From: a bacterium
Lineage (GTDB): Bacteria > Margulisbacteria > Marinamargulisbacteria > JABGVJ01
Length of the DNA stretch: 64,000 nt
NCBI GenBank assembly: GCA_018646105.1
Contig: JABGVJ010000013.1
Coordinates: 1,517-65,516, forward strand
Reading direction: 5' to 3'
Part shown: in pieces, positions 1-10,064 of the stretch
How the letters are laid out: the number at the start of each line of letters is the position of its first letter
How positions within the stretch are numbered: the stretch's first letter is position 1
Program-made: the position numbers and the translations under genes
Notes under the pieces: model-generated
Database searches by the model: none
What the model was told of the DNA's origin: nothing
Seen by the model: the letters and a program-made list of their open reading frames with translations, nothing else

Positions 1-247
1 AAAATTTACCGCCAAGATAAAAGCCTATACCAAAAGAAAGTGAACCAACCAGCCCACAAATACCATAAGGGATTCCTTGTAAAACGAAAGGGATTCCTTG
101 TTCAATACTATAGAAAAAAATCATTATGCCTGTGCCAAGCGGTAACCCGACTAAAAGGCCTCCTATTTTAGGGTTTCTTTCAGAAATAAAGACTAACCCC
201 AAAACAATAAAAACTGAAACTAAAATTTTTAATAAGATAATAAACAT
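1..247 (-). CDS. partial small multi-pass membrane protein (N-terminal part; gene runs off window start)
   Basis: Minus-strand ATG at 247-245; translation MFIILLKILVSVFIVLGLVFISERNPKIGGLLVGLPLGTGIM... is hydrophobic and open to the window edge. Not in ORF track because incomplete. Confidence 0.4.
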   Translation of the reverse strand, partial: MFIILLKILVSVFIVLGLVFISERNPKIGGLLVGLPLGTGIMIFFYSIEQGIPFVLQGIPYGICGLVGSLSFGIGFYLGGKF

Positions 248-590
248 TTTTTATAATATATACCTTTATTCAGAACTGTAGTTTTTATCCAAAAATCATA
301 TAAATTTTTTTCGATAATAGTGGGTAAATTTAACACTACGTCCCTATTCAACATTACTCTCCAGCCACTGCAAATATGGTTTATAACCATTCTGTACAGG
401 CATGGCTAAAATTTCCGGGATTTCGTAAGTTAGCTGTAACGATGGTGCTGCACAACTTTTTAGCGGTCTCTTTATTTTTTACAGCTATAAAAACTTGGAT
501 AAATTCTTTCATAATTTATATTATACATTATTTTGTTTTGCGTTTGGTTTAACGGACTTTGATCGAAAAATATAGTATTATTAAATTATT

Positions 591-1223
591 ATGAAAATAC
601 CAACTTTCAGTACAAACAGGATTGAAACCTTAGTTGATGGAGTATTTGCCATATCGATGACGCTTTTAGTGCTAGACCTAAAAGTACCTCCACATCTGAA
701 TATCACAACAGCTCAAGGCTTAATAACTGTACTTTGCGGGGTCTGGCCTTTATTTATAAATTATTTAATAAGTTTTTTTATTTTGGCTGCCATCTGGGTT
801 AATAATAATGAACAATTTCACTATATCAAAGAAACTAACAAAACCTACCTTTTACTAAATTTATACTCTCTTTTCTTTGTGGTTTTGATCCCTTTTTCAA
901 CTTCCTTAATTGGCGATTATCCCGGTATTTGGGCGGGAGAGCTTGTATTCCACGCTAATTTTATGTTTTTAGGTCTAATGGCTTTTTTGATTTGGAATTA
1001 TGCGATCAAAAATCAAAATTTACTGGATAAAGACAAGGTTAATTTAGAAAGAATCAAGCATCATAGAGCAAGGGCTCGCCTTATCTTTCTAATCCCGTTC
1101 TTAGCTATGGCCATCTCTTTTTTGTACCCAGGCTATAGTAACCTGACCTACTTGTTGCTTCCGCTAATAGGTTTTTTGAAGAGAAAAAAAGTTGTTTACA
1201 ATGAAACCAAACATTTCTCATAA
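591..1223 (+). CDS. DUF1211 / TMEM175-like putative K+ channel membrane protein
   Basis: N-terminus RIETLVDGVFAISMTLLVLDLKVP matches the DUF1211 signature (RxEAFSDGVFAIAITLLVLEL); several TM segments. Confidence 0.6.
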   Translation: MKIPTFSTNRIETLVDGVFAISMTLLVLDLKVPPHLNITTAQGLITVLCGVWPLFINYLISFFILAAIWVNNNEQFHYIKETNKTYLLLNLYSLFFVVLIPFSTSLIGDYPGIWAGELVFHANFMFLGLMAFLIWNYAIKNQNLLDKDKVNLERIKHHRARARLIFLIPFLAMAISFLYPGYSNLTYLLLPLIGFLKRKKVVYNETKHFS

Positions 1224-1929
1224 AATTCCTACTGACATTTTGGAAATTTGCCAAACCTTTAAAAAAAATGGCTTCCAAATCTATCTGGTTGGTGGGAGCG
1301 TACGAGACTTGCTTTTAAACAGGTCGGTAGAGGATTATGATCTGGCTACTGACGCATATCCAGAGCAAAGCGATTCCTTGTTTGCCAAAGCAGAGACCCG
1401 AGGTGAGGAATTTGGCACCATCGCGATACCACGTAAAAACCAGCCCGGACATTGGGCTGAAATCACAACGTTTCGGTTGGAGTCCGAATATACGGCAGCC
1501 AGGTATCCGAGGAAAATCATTTTTGTTTCGGACCTAAAAGAGGATTTGGCCCGAAGAGATTTTACGGTTAATGCCTTGGCATATGACCCGATTAATCATA
1601 TTTTAATAGACGAATATGAAGGACTGCGCGATCTAAAAGCAAAAATTTTACGGTGTGTGGGCGACCCTGAACAAAAATTCACAGAAGATACGCTGCGTAT
1701 TTTACGCGCTTTACGTTTTGTGGGACAACTCGATTTTGAGCTTGAAGAAAATTGTGCACGGGTGATTCAAAAAATAGCAGCCTCCTTTAAACTACCTTCG
1801 AAAATACGTATTAAGCAAGAATTAACTAAAATAAAACAAACAAAAAATTCTAAAAAAAGCTTGATGTTGTTACAAAAAACCGGTATTTTACAAAGAATTC
1901 AAGCAAAAATAGGGAGTACACATGTATAA
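1201..1929 (+). CDS. tRNA nucleotidyltransferase / poly(A) polymerase family protein (head domain only, ~243 aa)
   Basis: LVGGSVRDLLLNRSVEDYDLAT motif of CCA-adding/PAP class II nucleotidyltransferases; start moved to ATG 1201 (MKPNISHK); shorter than canonical ~400 aa CCA enzymes. Confidence 0.65.
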   Translation: MKPNISHKIPTDILEICQTFKKNGFQIYLVGGSVRDLLLNRSVEDYDLATDAYPEQSDSLFAKAETRGEEFGTIAIPRKNQPGHWAEITTFRLESEYTAARYPRKIIFVSDLKEDLARRDFTVNALAYDPINHILIDEYEGLRDLKAKILRCVGDPEQKFTEDTLRILRALRFVGQLDFELEENCARVIQKIAASFKLPSKIRIKQELTKIKQTKNSKKSLMLLQKTGILQRIQAKIGSTHV

Positions 1930-2842
1930 AATATTTATAACCGGAGCTTCTGGTTGCGTAGGACATTATATCGTAGAAAAATTTTTAAATAACAAAAATT
2001 ATGAACTTCATCTCTTGATACGTAATCCTAAAAAATTAAAATTTAATGCGCTAAATTATGATAATCTCCAAATACATCAAGGGTCACTAGAAGAAATCGC
2101 CAAGTTTAAAGATCTTTTGGCGAGCGTGGATTATATAATTCATATAGCCACGGCCTGGGAAAATTCAGATTTGGCTTATTTAATAAATGTAGAAAAGACT
2201 CTGGAACTTTTACATTATGGGAAAAATTGTAAAAAAATAATTTATTTTTCTACCGCTAGTATTTTAGGTAAAAATAATCAACCAAAAAAAGAAGCGCGTC
2301 TTTTTGGAACGGGTTATGTAAAAACCAAATATTTAGCTTATGAAAAAATAATGGCTGACAATGAATTAAAACAAAAAACCATTACTTTATTTCCAACCTT
2401 GCTTTTTGGAGGAGATAGCACACACCCGTATTCTCATGTAAGTAGTGGTATTAGACCTAACCTAAAATACTTAAAACTATTACGTTTCATTTATATGAAT
2501 AGCGCTTTCCATTTTATACATGCTGCAGACATTGCCACTATTACTAAATATTTAATTGATAATGATGTTGTAGAAAAAAACCTAGTGTTAGGTAATGCGC
2601 GTATCACAGGTAAAGAGGTTATTAAACAATTATGCGACTTTTTTCGAATAAAAATGTTTTTTCGAATAAAAATGTTTCCTGATTTTATTTTCTTTTTAGC
2701 TAAGTTGTTACGTATAAAAATAGCTCCTTGGGATAAACATTGTATTGAACATCCTTTTTTTGACTATGATGTAGTTAGCCCCGCCAGTTTTGGGCTGCCT
2801 ACAAAGTATGAAAACTTAAAAAGTCTTTTAAAAGATGTGTGA
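1922..2842 (+). CDS. NAD-dependent epimerase/dehydratase family protein
   Basis: N-terminal Rossmann motif IFITGASGCVGHYIVEKFL; ends with TGA stop; contains perfect in-frame 18-bp tandem duplication (2639-2674). Confidence 0.7.
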   Translation: MYKIFITGASGCVGHYIVEKFLNNKNYELHLLIRNPKKLKFNALNYDNLQIHQGSLEEIAKFKDLLASVDYIIHIATAWENSDLAYLINVEKTLELLHYGKNCKKIIYFSTASILGKNNQPKKEARLFGTGYVKTKYLAYEKIMADNELKQKTITLFPTLLFGGDSTHPYSHVSSGIRPNLKYLKLLRFIYMNSAFHFIHAADIATITKYLIDNDVVEKNLVLGNARITGKEVIKQLCDFFRIKMFFRIKMFPDFIFFLAKLLRIKIAPWDKHCIEHPFFDYDVVSPASFGLPTKYENLKSLLKDV

Positions 2843-3046
2843 AAGGAACTCGCTAATACAATGAAATAAATATAGTGGCCATATAACGGATTTCAGTATG
2901 TGAAAAAAATAAACTTTGTGCTAAACTAAATCTGGTCAATATTCTCTTTTAGGCGTTTACTATAATCTTTTTAAACCCTAGTTATGTTTTAGGGAGGGCT
3001 GGCTTCGCTTGAAAATATGTCAAAAGAAAGAAGGTCTGGAAACTAA

Positions 3047-5023
3047 ATGAATCACGAATATAATGCTACCCAAATAAAAGTTTTAGAAGGTCTTGAAGCT
3101 GTTCGTAAAAGACCTAGTATGTACATAGGCTCTACGGGCACACCTGGTTTAAACCATCTTGTTTACGAAGTAGTAGATAATAGTATTGATGAAGCCATGG
3201 CGGGCTTTTGTGATGTGGTAACAGTCACCATCGAACCTGATAATATCGTTACGGTAATTGATAACGGCCGTGGAATTCCAATTGATATACATAAAGATAA
3301 AGGACTACCCGCTGTTGAGGTGGTAATGACGACTTTACATGCTGGTGGAAAATTTGAAGGAAAAGGCTATAAAGTATCAGGCGGTTTGCACGGAGTAGGA
3401 GTTTCCGTAGTTAATGCCTTAGCGGAATGGTTAGTAGTAGAAGTTAAAAGAGATGGTAAAAAATATACGCAAAAATATTTTAGAGGGACTCCTAAAGAAA
3501 AATCTGGAAAACTAGAAGATTATAATGGTGATGATAGTGGAACGTTAATTCGCTTTAAGCCTGATCCGCAAATTTTTGAGTCTTGAGAATTCACTTCCGA
3601 AATAATCGATCATAGATTAAAAGAATTGGCCTTTTTAAATAAAGGTATAAAAATTATTTTTAAAGATACACGTTATGAAACCCCTACTGAAAAAGAATAT
3701 GTTTTTGAAGGCGGTCTTAAAGCTTATGTGGAAAATATTAATGAAAAAAAAGAACCTTTGTTTGCGCCTCCTATTTATCTAAAAAAAACCAGAGAACCTT
3801 ACGAAATAGAAGTCGCTATTCAATACGTTTCTGATTATTACGATGAACAGGTAATTTCTTTTGCTAATAATATTAGAACCAAAGAAGGTGGAACGCATAT
3901 CGCCGGCTTTAGAACTGCCTTAACTAGAGTAATCAACTCATTTGCTAAAAAATATGATTTGATAAAAGATAAAACCAAAAATTTTTCTGGCAATGATTTA
4001 AAAGAAGGTCTGACTGCTGTTATTAGTGTAAAACTACCACATCCTCAGTTTGAAGGGCAAACCAAAACCAAACTAGGAAACTCTGAGCTTAAAGGCATAG
4101 TGGATTCCATGGTAGACGAGAGCCTGACAGACGCAATTGAAACTACCCCTAAAATAGCAAAATTAATTATTAATAAAGCAGTTATTGCGCAAAGGGTGCG
4201 TGAAGCTACCAGACGAGCCCAAGATTTAGCGAGAAGAAAAAGCAGTCTGGAAAGCACAACGCTGCCAGGTAAGCTTGCGGACTGCTCTGATAAAGACCCT
4301 GCAAATTGCGAAGTATTTATTGTTGAGGGTGATTCTGCCGGAGGTTCCGCCAAGCAAGGAAGAGACAGAAACTTTCAGGCTATTTTACCTTTACGCGGTA
4401 AAATTTTAAATGTAGAGAAAGCAAGATTGGATAAAATTTTAGCAAATGAAGAAATTAAAGCTATGATTACAGCGCTTGGGCCAGAAGCTATTTCCGGTCT
4501 TTCTTCAGAGGATGACAATGAAGAAAACGGGACGGAAACTGAAGATGAAGATATAAAAAGAACTCTGAGTAAATTAAGATATCATAAAATCATCATCATG
4601 ACAGATGCTGATGTGGACGGATCTCATATTAGAACGCTGCTGTTAACTTTCTTTTTCAGACATGCAAAAGAAGTTATCTTGGCCGGTGGATTATATATTG
4701 CGCAACCACCTTTGTATTCTATAGGCCGCGGAAATGCAAAACAATACGCTATTGATGATGCGGCACTAGAGAAACTGTTAAAAGAAAAAGATATAACAAA
4801 AGAAGGGGCTCACATTCAACGCTACAAAGGTCTGGGAGAAATGAACCCTGATCAGCTTTGGGACACGACCATGGACCCAGAAAAAAGAAGTATGTTGCAA
4901 GTGACTATTGAAGACGCTGAAGAAGCGGACGATATTTTTACCACTTTAATGGGGAATAAAGTAGAGCCAAGGCGTGAATTTATTGAAAAATACGCCAAAA
5001 ACGTACGTTGGATAGATGTTTAA
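3047..5023 (+). CDS. gyrB: DNA gyrase subunit B, single reading frame interrupted by one in-frame TGA codon at 3584-3586 (possible pseudogene, sequencing error or recoding)
   Basis: ORFs 3047-3586 and 3626-5023 are in the same frame; concatenated translation aligns colinearly with GyrB (…[25 protein letters not shown]… vs B. subtilis …[27 protein letters not shown]…) with no indel; GHKL ATPase, TOPRIM (EGDSAGGS) and C-terminal domains all present. Confidence 0.85.
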
Positions 5024-5050
5024 AACTATAGTTAAAGGGGATAAATAAAA

Positions 5051-7576
5051 ATGAGCGACGAGCAAAAACTATTTGAAGACACAAAAATAAAAAATATCAA
5101 CATTGACGCTGAAATGAAAAATTCCTTTTTGGAATATGCGATGTCCGTAATTGTTACCCGTGCTTTGCCAGATGTACGAGACGGATTAAAGCCAGTACAT
5201 AGAAGAATTATTTATGCTATGTATAATTCTGGCTTTACGGCAGGCAAACCTTATAAGAAATGTGCCAGAATTGTGGGGGATGTTTTAGGACGATACCATC
5301 CACATGGTGATACCGCCGTATACGACTCTCTTGTCAGAATGGCCCAAAATTTCTCACTACGTTATATGTTGATTGATGGACAGGGCAACTTTGGCTCTGT
5401 AGATGGAGACAGCGCTGCGGCTATGCGTTATACAGAAGCCAGAATGTCGAAAATCAGCATGGAGCTTGTCAAAGATCTTGAAAAAGAAACAGTAGAATGG
5501 GCACCAAATTTTGATGAATCATTAACAGAACCCTTGGTTTTACCCACCAGATTGCCGTCTTTGCTACTTAATGGATCTTCGGGAATTGCGGTAGGGATGG
5601 CTACCAATATACCTCCTCATAATTTAAATGAGTTATCGGACGGTGTTTGCGCCTTAATTGACAACCCAGAACTAGAGGGTCTTGAATTAATGAATTATAT
5701 TAAAGGCCCGGATTTCCCAACCGGCGGTATTATTTGCGGAGAAGAAGGTATTAGAAAAGCTTATCTCACAGGAAAAGGTTCTGTTGTAATAAGAAGTAAA
5801 ACAAGTATCGAAGAATCTAAAAAGAAAAATAAAAAAGCTATTATCGTGCATGAAATTCCTTATCAAGTTAATAAAGCTAATCTAATAATAAAAATAGCTG
5901 AACTTGTACAAGATAAAAAAATAACTGGAATTTCTGATTTAAGAGATGAGTCTGACAGAAAAGGTTTGCGAATCTATATTGAACTTAAAAAAGATGCGAT
6001 TCCAGATGTTATTTTAAATCAGCTGTTTAAGCATACTCAGCTGCAAGTCAGCTTTGGGGTAAACACAGTCGCACTTGTAAATGGCGTGCCTAAAACTTTA
6101 ACCTTAAAAAAAATTCTATCTTATTATATTTTACATAGAAAAGAAGTTGTAACAAAAAGAACGGAATATGACCTTAAAAATGCTAAGGCTAGACTCCATA
6201 TTTTAGAAGGTTTAAAAATCGCCCTTGATAACATTGACGAAATTATTGCTCTAATCAAAAAATCAACAAACACTATTGAAGCCAGATCAAATTTAATGAG
6301 TAAATTCAATTTATCTGAAAAGCAGTCTAACGCTATTTTGGATATGAAATTACAAAGATTAACTGGACTGGAAAGAGAAAAAATAGAATCCGAATATACG
6401 GAAATCATGAAAAAAATCGAAGATTTAGAAGATATTCTCGTTAATGAACCTAGAATTTACAATATTATTAAAGAAGAACAACTTGAGGTTAAGGATAAAT
6501 ATGGAGATAAAAGAAAAACAGAAATAAGCGGCGCTGTTGGGACAATGGATATAGAAGATTTAATTCCCAAACAACAAGTCGCGGTACTTATTTCCAAAAA
6601 AGGTTTTATAAAAAGATTACCTTTACATATTTTTAAAAGCCAATTAAGAGGTGGTCGCGGGGTCAGTGGTATGACCACTAGAGAAGAAGATATTATTGAT
6701 CAAATATTTGTGACTTCTTCTCATAACTTTTTATTGTGTTTTACTAATAAGGGTAAGGTTTTTAAAATCAAATGTTATCAAATTCCGGAAGCATCACGGC
6801 AAAGCAAGGGAGTTTCTATTTCACACTTTTTAAATTTTGATGAAGAAGAAAAAATTTCAACCATAATCCCTGTGAAAAATTTTGATACTGAAGACTATTT
6901 GTTAATGACTACGCAAAAAGGCATAGTTAAAAAAACAGCCGTAACTCTTTTTGCTTATTTAAAAAACAGTTCTATTATTGCGATTAATCTAGACGCTGGT
7001 GATAATCTTAAATGGGTAAAACGAACATCGGGGGATAAAAATGTCATCCTTTCTACTTCTGCGGGTATGGTAATCCGTTTTGAGGAAACGCAAATTCGAC
7101 CAATGGGTAGAAGTACGCGCGGTGTAAAAGGCATTAATATTAAGCCTGAAGACAATCTAACCAGTATGGATGTCATTGATCCAGAAGATAATACTCTTCA
7201 ATTATTGATCATCACCAAAAAAGGGTATGGTAAAAATTTAAAACTAGCGGAATTTAGATGTCAAAAACGAGGTGGTATTGGCGTAAAATGTTTGAAATTC
7301 AGAAAAACAATTAAAAATGATTTAGTAACCGATGCTTTGATCACCACTAAAGAAGATGAATTGATGATCGCTACTAAAGAAGGGGTTTTATGCCGACAAA
7401 AAATAGAGAATATCTCTACGCAAAGAAGACAATCTCAAGGCGTTAAAATTCAAAAACTAGATGCTAAAGACGAAGTAATAGCTATTGCACGTGTAATCAC
7501 AGAAAACGAGGCTATTAGTGAAGAAGAACCAGCCTCCACTGAAGTGGCTACGCAGAGCATGCCTTTGGTTGATTAA
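5051..7576 (+). CDS. gyrA: DNA gyrase subunit A
   Basis: 841 aa; [23 protein letters not shown], catalytic Tyr region RYTEARM, C-terminal beta-pinwheel repeats. Confidence 0.95.
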   Translation: MSDEQKLFEDTKIKNINIDAEMKNSFLEYAMSVIVTRALPDVRDGLKPVHRRIIYAMYNSGFTAGKPYKKCARIVGDVLGRYHPHGDTAVYDSLVRMAQNFSLRYMLIDGQGNFGSVDGDSAAAMRYTEARMSKISMELVKDLEKETVEWAPNFDESLTEPLVLPTRLPSLLLNGSSGIAVGMATNIPPHNLNELSDGVCALIDNPELEGLELMNYIKGPDFPTGGIICGEEGIRKAYLTGKGSVVIRSKTSIEESKKKNKKAIIVHEIPYQVNKANLIIKIAELVQDKKITGISDLRDESDRKGLRIYIELKKDAIPDVILNQLFKHTQLQVSFGVNTVALVNGVPKTLTLKKILSYYILHRKEVVTKRTEYDLKNAKARLHILEGLKIALDNIDEIIALIKKSTNTIEARSNLMSKFNLSEKQSNAILDMKLQRLTGLEREKIESEYTEIMKKIEDLEDILVNEPRIYNIIKEEQLEVKDKYGDKRKTEISGAVGTMDIEDLIPKQQVAVLISKKGFIKRLPLHIFKSQLRGGRGVSGMTTREEDIIDQIFVTSSHNFLLCFTNKGKVFKIKCYQIPEASRQSKGVSISHFLNFDEEEKISTIIPVKNFDTEDYLLMTTQKGIVKKTAVTLFAYLKNSSIIAINLDAGDNLKWVKRTSGDKNVILSTSAGMVIRFEETQIRPMGRSTRGVKGINIKPEDNLTSMDVIDPEDNTLQLLIITKKGYGKNLKLAEFRCQKRGGIGVKCLKFRKTIKNDLVTDALITTKEDELMIATKEGVLCRQKIENISTQRRQSQGVKIQKLDAKDEVIAIARVITENEAISEEEPASTEVATQSMPLVD

Positions 7577-7587
7577 GCATATATGAC

Positions 7588-7821
7588 ATGAACAAAAATA
7601 TTGACCAGAAAAAGCCGATGGAGCTAGCTGAGTATTTTACATTAATAACCCAACTGGGTTTGGTTATGATCAGTCAAATATTTATTTTCTTTTTCCTAGG
7701 GCTTTTTCTGGTGAAAAAATTTCATTTGCCCAATATTTTTATTTTGTTATTTGTTTTAGTTGGTATTATTAGTGGGTTTTATTTTACATACGCCCTTATC
7801 CGTAAAGCTATTGATAACTAA
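7588..7821 (+). CDS. AtpZ/AtpR-like small 2-TM protein preceding ATP synthase operon
   Basis: 77 aa, two TM helices, position immediately upstream of atpI; resembles PF09527 putative F0F1-ATPase gene-1 proteins. Confidence 0.45.
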   Translation: MNKNIDQKKPMELAEYFTLITQLGLVMISQIFIFFFLGLFLVKKFHLPNIFILLFVLVGIISGFYFTYALIRKAIDN

Positions 7822-7865
7822 TTTAAAATTTGTTATAATATTTTTTTGATTTTTGATTTTTCTAT

Positions 7866-8279
7866 TTGCTTGTGAAAAAAATAACAATGAAAAAACCCAA
7901 AAATTTATTATTAATGTATAAACACTCGTTAAAAATCGTGGGGGGACTTTTAGTAATGTTTGGTTTAATTGCGCTTGTAACTCAAAAAACCTGGTTATTC
8001 TCTTCTTCGGTACTCGGTTTTGCTTTTGGTTTAGTAATTTTTAAAAATTGGATTACAAGTCAACAGAAAATTATGGAGTCTGCAAAAACCGGAACGTATT
8101 TTTTTTACTATGTTAGTCGCTTAATTCTTTTTACAATCCCCTTGATTACTGCTTTGTATTTTAAGTCTTTTTTTAATGTTTATATAACGTTGCTTTTTTT
8201 GCTTGCGTTCCAATGGTCTATGGTCTTAACAGAAGGCCTAAGAAACTTTGCCAAAGTAAAAAATAATCACTCGGAGTAA
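7866..8279 (+). CDS. atpI: ATP synthase protein I (AtpI)-like membrane protein
   Basis: 137 aa, multi-TM, located directly upstream of atpB as in canonical atpIBEFHAGDC operons. Confidence 0.5.
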   Translation: MLVKKITMKKPKNLLLMYKHSLKIVGGLLVMFGLIALVTQKTWLFSSSVLGFAFGLVIFKNWITSQQKIMESAKTGTYFFYYVSRLILFTIPLITALYFKSFFNVYITLLFLLAFQWSMVLTEGLRNFAKVKNNHSE

Positions 8280-8287
8280 AGAGAAAA

Positions 8288-9142
8288 ATGGAAGAATTAA
8301 CAAAAATTACTAGCGCTAGTATAAATTTATTTGGGCATATAATAACTTTTAACCCAAATGTATTTTATATGACTTGGTTGGTGATGGCGCTTATTATAAT
8401 TGTTCTTTTTTTGTGCACGCGCAAACTAACCGTTATCCCGCATAAATCACAAAATATTGTGGAAGTGGTCGTGGATTTTATTAAAAATATTACTTATTCT
8501 ACTTTAGGAAAAGAAGATGGCAAAAAATTCTTTCCTTTCATAATGACTTTATTTTTGTTTATCCTGATTTCAAACTGGATTGGCATTGTGCCTAATTTTA
8601 TACATTTTATAGGAGTCTTGTTTGCGGGCGCTCATAAACTACTCGGATCTGAAAATGTAAAAATCACTTATGAAGGGCTTACTTATATAAAGCTTTATCC
8701 AGATCCGAATGCTTGGTATGCCTTCTTTTTCAAGTTCCCAAAAATTGAAGAGCCTACTAAATTTTTGAGTACGGATTTGGCCGCAGCTCTTTTGGTTTTC
8801 TTAGTAGGACATGCTAGTGCAATCAAGGAAAAAGGGTTCTTGGCATATTTTAAAGGATATATGGATCCGGTGCCGTCTCATGCTCCTTGGATATTCTTTT
8901 TCTTTTTAAATCCATTTTTTTATTTAAATATTATAGGAGAACTAGGAAAAGTAGTGTCACATTCTGTACGACTTTTTGGGAATGTTTTTGGTGGCGGAAT
9001 TATTATTTTTATCGTCGCGACTCTTTTACGACATGTCTTATTGCCTGTTGGCCTTTATGCTTTTTTTGGTTTATTGGCTGGGTCTATTCAAGCATTTGTA
9101 TTTACAATGCTTGCGGTAACCTATATTTCCTTAGCAAAATAA
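8288..9142 (+). CDS. atpB: F0F1 ATP synthase subunit a
   Basis: 284 aa; conserved stator Arg region SHSVRLFGNVFGG. Confidence 0.9.
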   Translation: MEELTKITSASINLFGHIITFNPNVFYMTWLVMALIIIVLFLCTRKLTVIPHKSQNIVEVVVDFIKNITYSTLGKEDGKKFFPFIMTLFLFILISNWIGIVPNFIHFIGVLFAGAHKLLGSENVKITYEGLTYIKLYPDPNAWYAFFFKFPKIEEPTKFLSTDLAAALLVFLVGHASAIKEKGFLAYFKGYMDPVPSHAPWIFFFFLNPFFYLNIIGELGKVVSHSVRLFGNVFGGGIIIFIVATLLRHVLLPVGLYAFFGLLAGSIQAFVFTMLAVTYISLAK

Positions 9143-9155
9143 AAAGGAGCACGTT

Positions 9156-9626
9156 TTGAATTTTGTAACTTTGTGCGCGATTTTGGGAGCTGGTTTTAGT
9201 ATGGGCATTGGAGCTTTAGGGCCGGCCATGGGCGAAGGCATAATTGCGCTAAATGCAGTTAAAGCATTATCGAGACAACCTCGTGCCGCGGGCAAACTAA
9301 TGCGTATTATGTTGATAGGACAGGCCATAACCGAAACGCCGGCTATTTTTGCTTTGGTAATATCCTTACTGCTATTGTTTCAGGACAGCGGGGATTCATT
9401 TGTAAAAGGGGTGGCTTTTTTAATAGCGGGTATAGCGATGGGTATATCAACTCTAGGCGCTAGTTTTGGAGCCTCTTTCCCTGGAAAAACGGCTAGTACA
9501 GCAGTGGGCAGACAGCCCGAAAATATTGAGGCCTTGATGGTTAGCATGATAATTGGACAAGCTATAACTGGGACTACGGTTATTTACACGACCGTGGTAG
9601 CTATGATTTTAATTTTTGTTGTTTAA
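9156..9626 (+). CDS. atpE: ATP synthase c subunit, tandem-fused double hairpin (4 TM, 156 aa); second hairpin lacks the ion-binding Glu
   Basis: Two c-subunit repeats, each with the RQP loop. Hairpin 1 helix 2 is LIGQAITETPAIF (Glu present); hairpin 2 helix 4 is IIGQAITGTTVIY (Glu replaced by Gly). Confidence 0.8.
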   Translation: MNFVTLCAILGAGFSMGIGALGPAMGEGIIALNAVKALSRQPRAAGKLMRIMLIGQAITETPAIFALVISLLLLFQDSGDSFVKGVAFLIAGIAMGISTLGASFGASFPGKTASTAVGRQPENIEALMVSMIIGQAITGTTVIYTTVVAMILIFVV

Positions 9627-9708
9627 TCTGAAAGGAGCGTATAAATTAGTCATATTTAAAAACGTTAAAAAAATTAATAAATATTAAAAAAGAAAGGAAG
9701 TATGAAAA

Positions 9709-9960
9709 ATGGAAGGAATAAGTGGAGCAGATTTAATTAAAGTGGTTTCTTTAGCAGTGGCGGGAATTACAATGGCTATTGGTTCAATTGGGCCAAGTCT
9801 AGGAGAAGGTTTTGTGGCAGCAAAGGCATGCGAAGCGCTTGGTAAAAGACCGGATCAAGCTGAAGTTATCACTAGAACAATGCTAATTGGACAGGCAGTT
9901 ACAGAAACAACTGGTATTTACTGTTTAGTTATAGCTTTGATTCTAATTTTTGTTGTTTAA
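9709..9960 (+). CDS. atpE: ATP synthase c subunit (single hairpin, 83 aa) with E/E-T-T-Y putative Na+-binding motif
   Basis: GPSLGEGFVAAKA…LIGQAVTETTGIYCLVIALILIF; aligns to Ilyobacter/Fusobacterium c subunits with Glu at positions 32 and 65 equivalents, T66, T67, Y70. Confidence 0.9.
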   Translation: MEGISGADLIKVVSLAVAGITMAIGSIGPSLGEGFVAAKACEALGKRPDQAEVITRTMLIGQAVTETTGIYCLVIALILIFVV

Positions 9961-9981
9961 GAAAAAACGGATACTTTTTAT

Positions 9982-10005
9982 GTCCCCCAGGGCATGCCCT
10001 GGGAC
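9982..10005 (+). other. GC-rich perfect palindrome/hairpin between atpE and atpF (possible intra-operon attenuator/mRNA stability element)
   Basis: CCCAGGGCATGCCCTGGG (9986-10003), a 7-bp G+C stem in an AT-rich region with no following U-tract. Confidence 0.35.
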
Positions 10006-10064
10006 CGGCTTTCGTCGCTAAGTTGCGCGGATGGCTAAGTAAAATAAAATAAAGGAGAGAATAC

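Noticed and set aside
3584-3586. Genome-wide alternative genetic code (UGA=Trp code 4 or UGA=Gly code 25) as explanation for the gyrB TGA
   Set aside because: TGA is used as a genuine terminator (epimerase 2840-2842, tetR 62769-62771). Long genes such as gyrA, atpA, atpD, recG, dnaE and recD2 are uninterrupted, which would not hold if TGA were a frequent sense codon.
3584-3640. Selenocysteine insertion in GyrB
   Set aside because: No convincing SECIS-like stem-loop in the 40 nt after the TGA, and the position is a variable, non-catalytic residue; still listed as a check.
4045-4353. Antisense/overlapping ORFs in the six-frame track (e.g. 4045-4353, 6124-6408, 6457-6678, 9131-9328, 10232-10519, 10609-10947, 11262-11624, 14311-14559, 17330-17548, 22721-23014, 36268-36558, 37981-38295, 53306-53620, 54744-55031)
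   Set aside because: All lie entirely inside strongly supported conserved genes on the opposite strand or in another frame, and have low-complexity or odd composition; treated as spurious.
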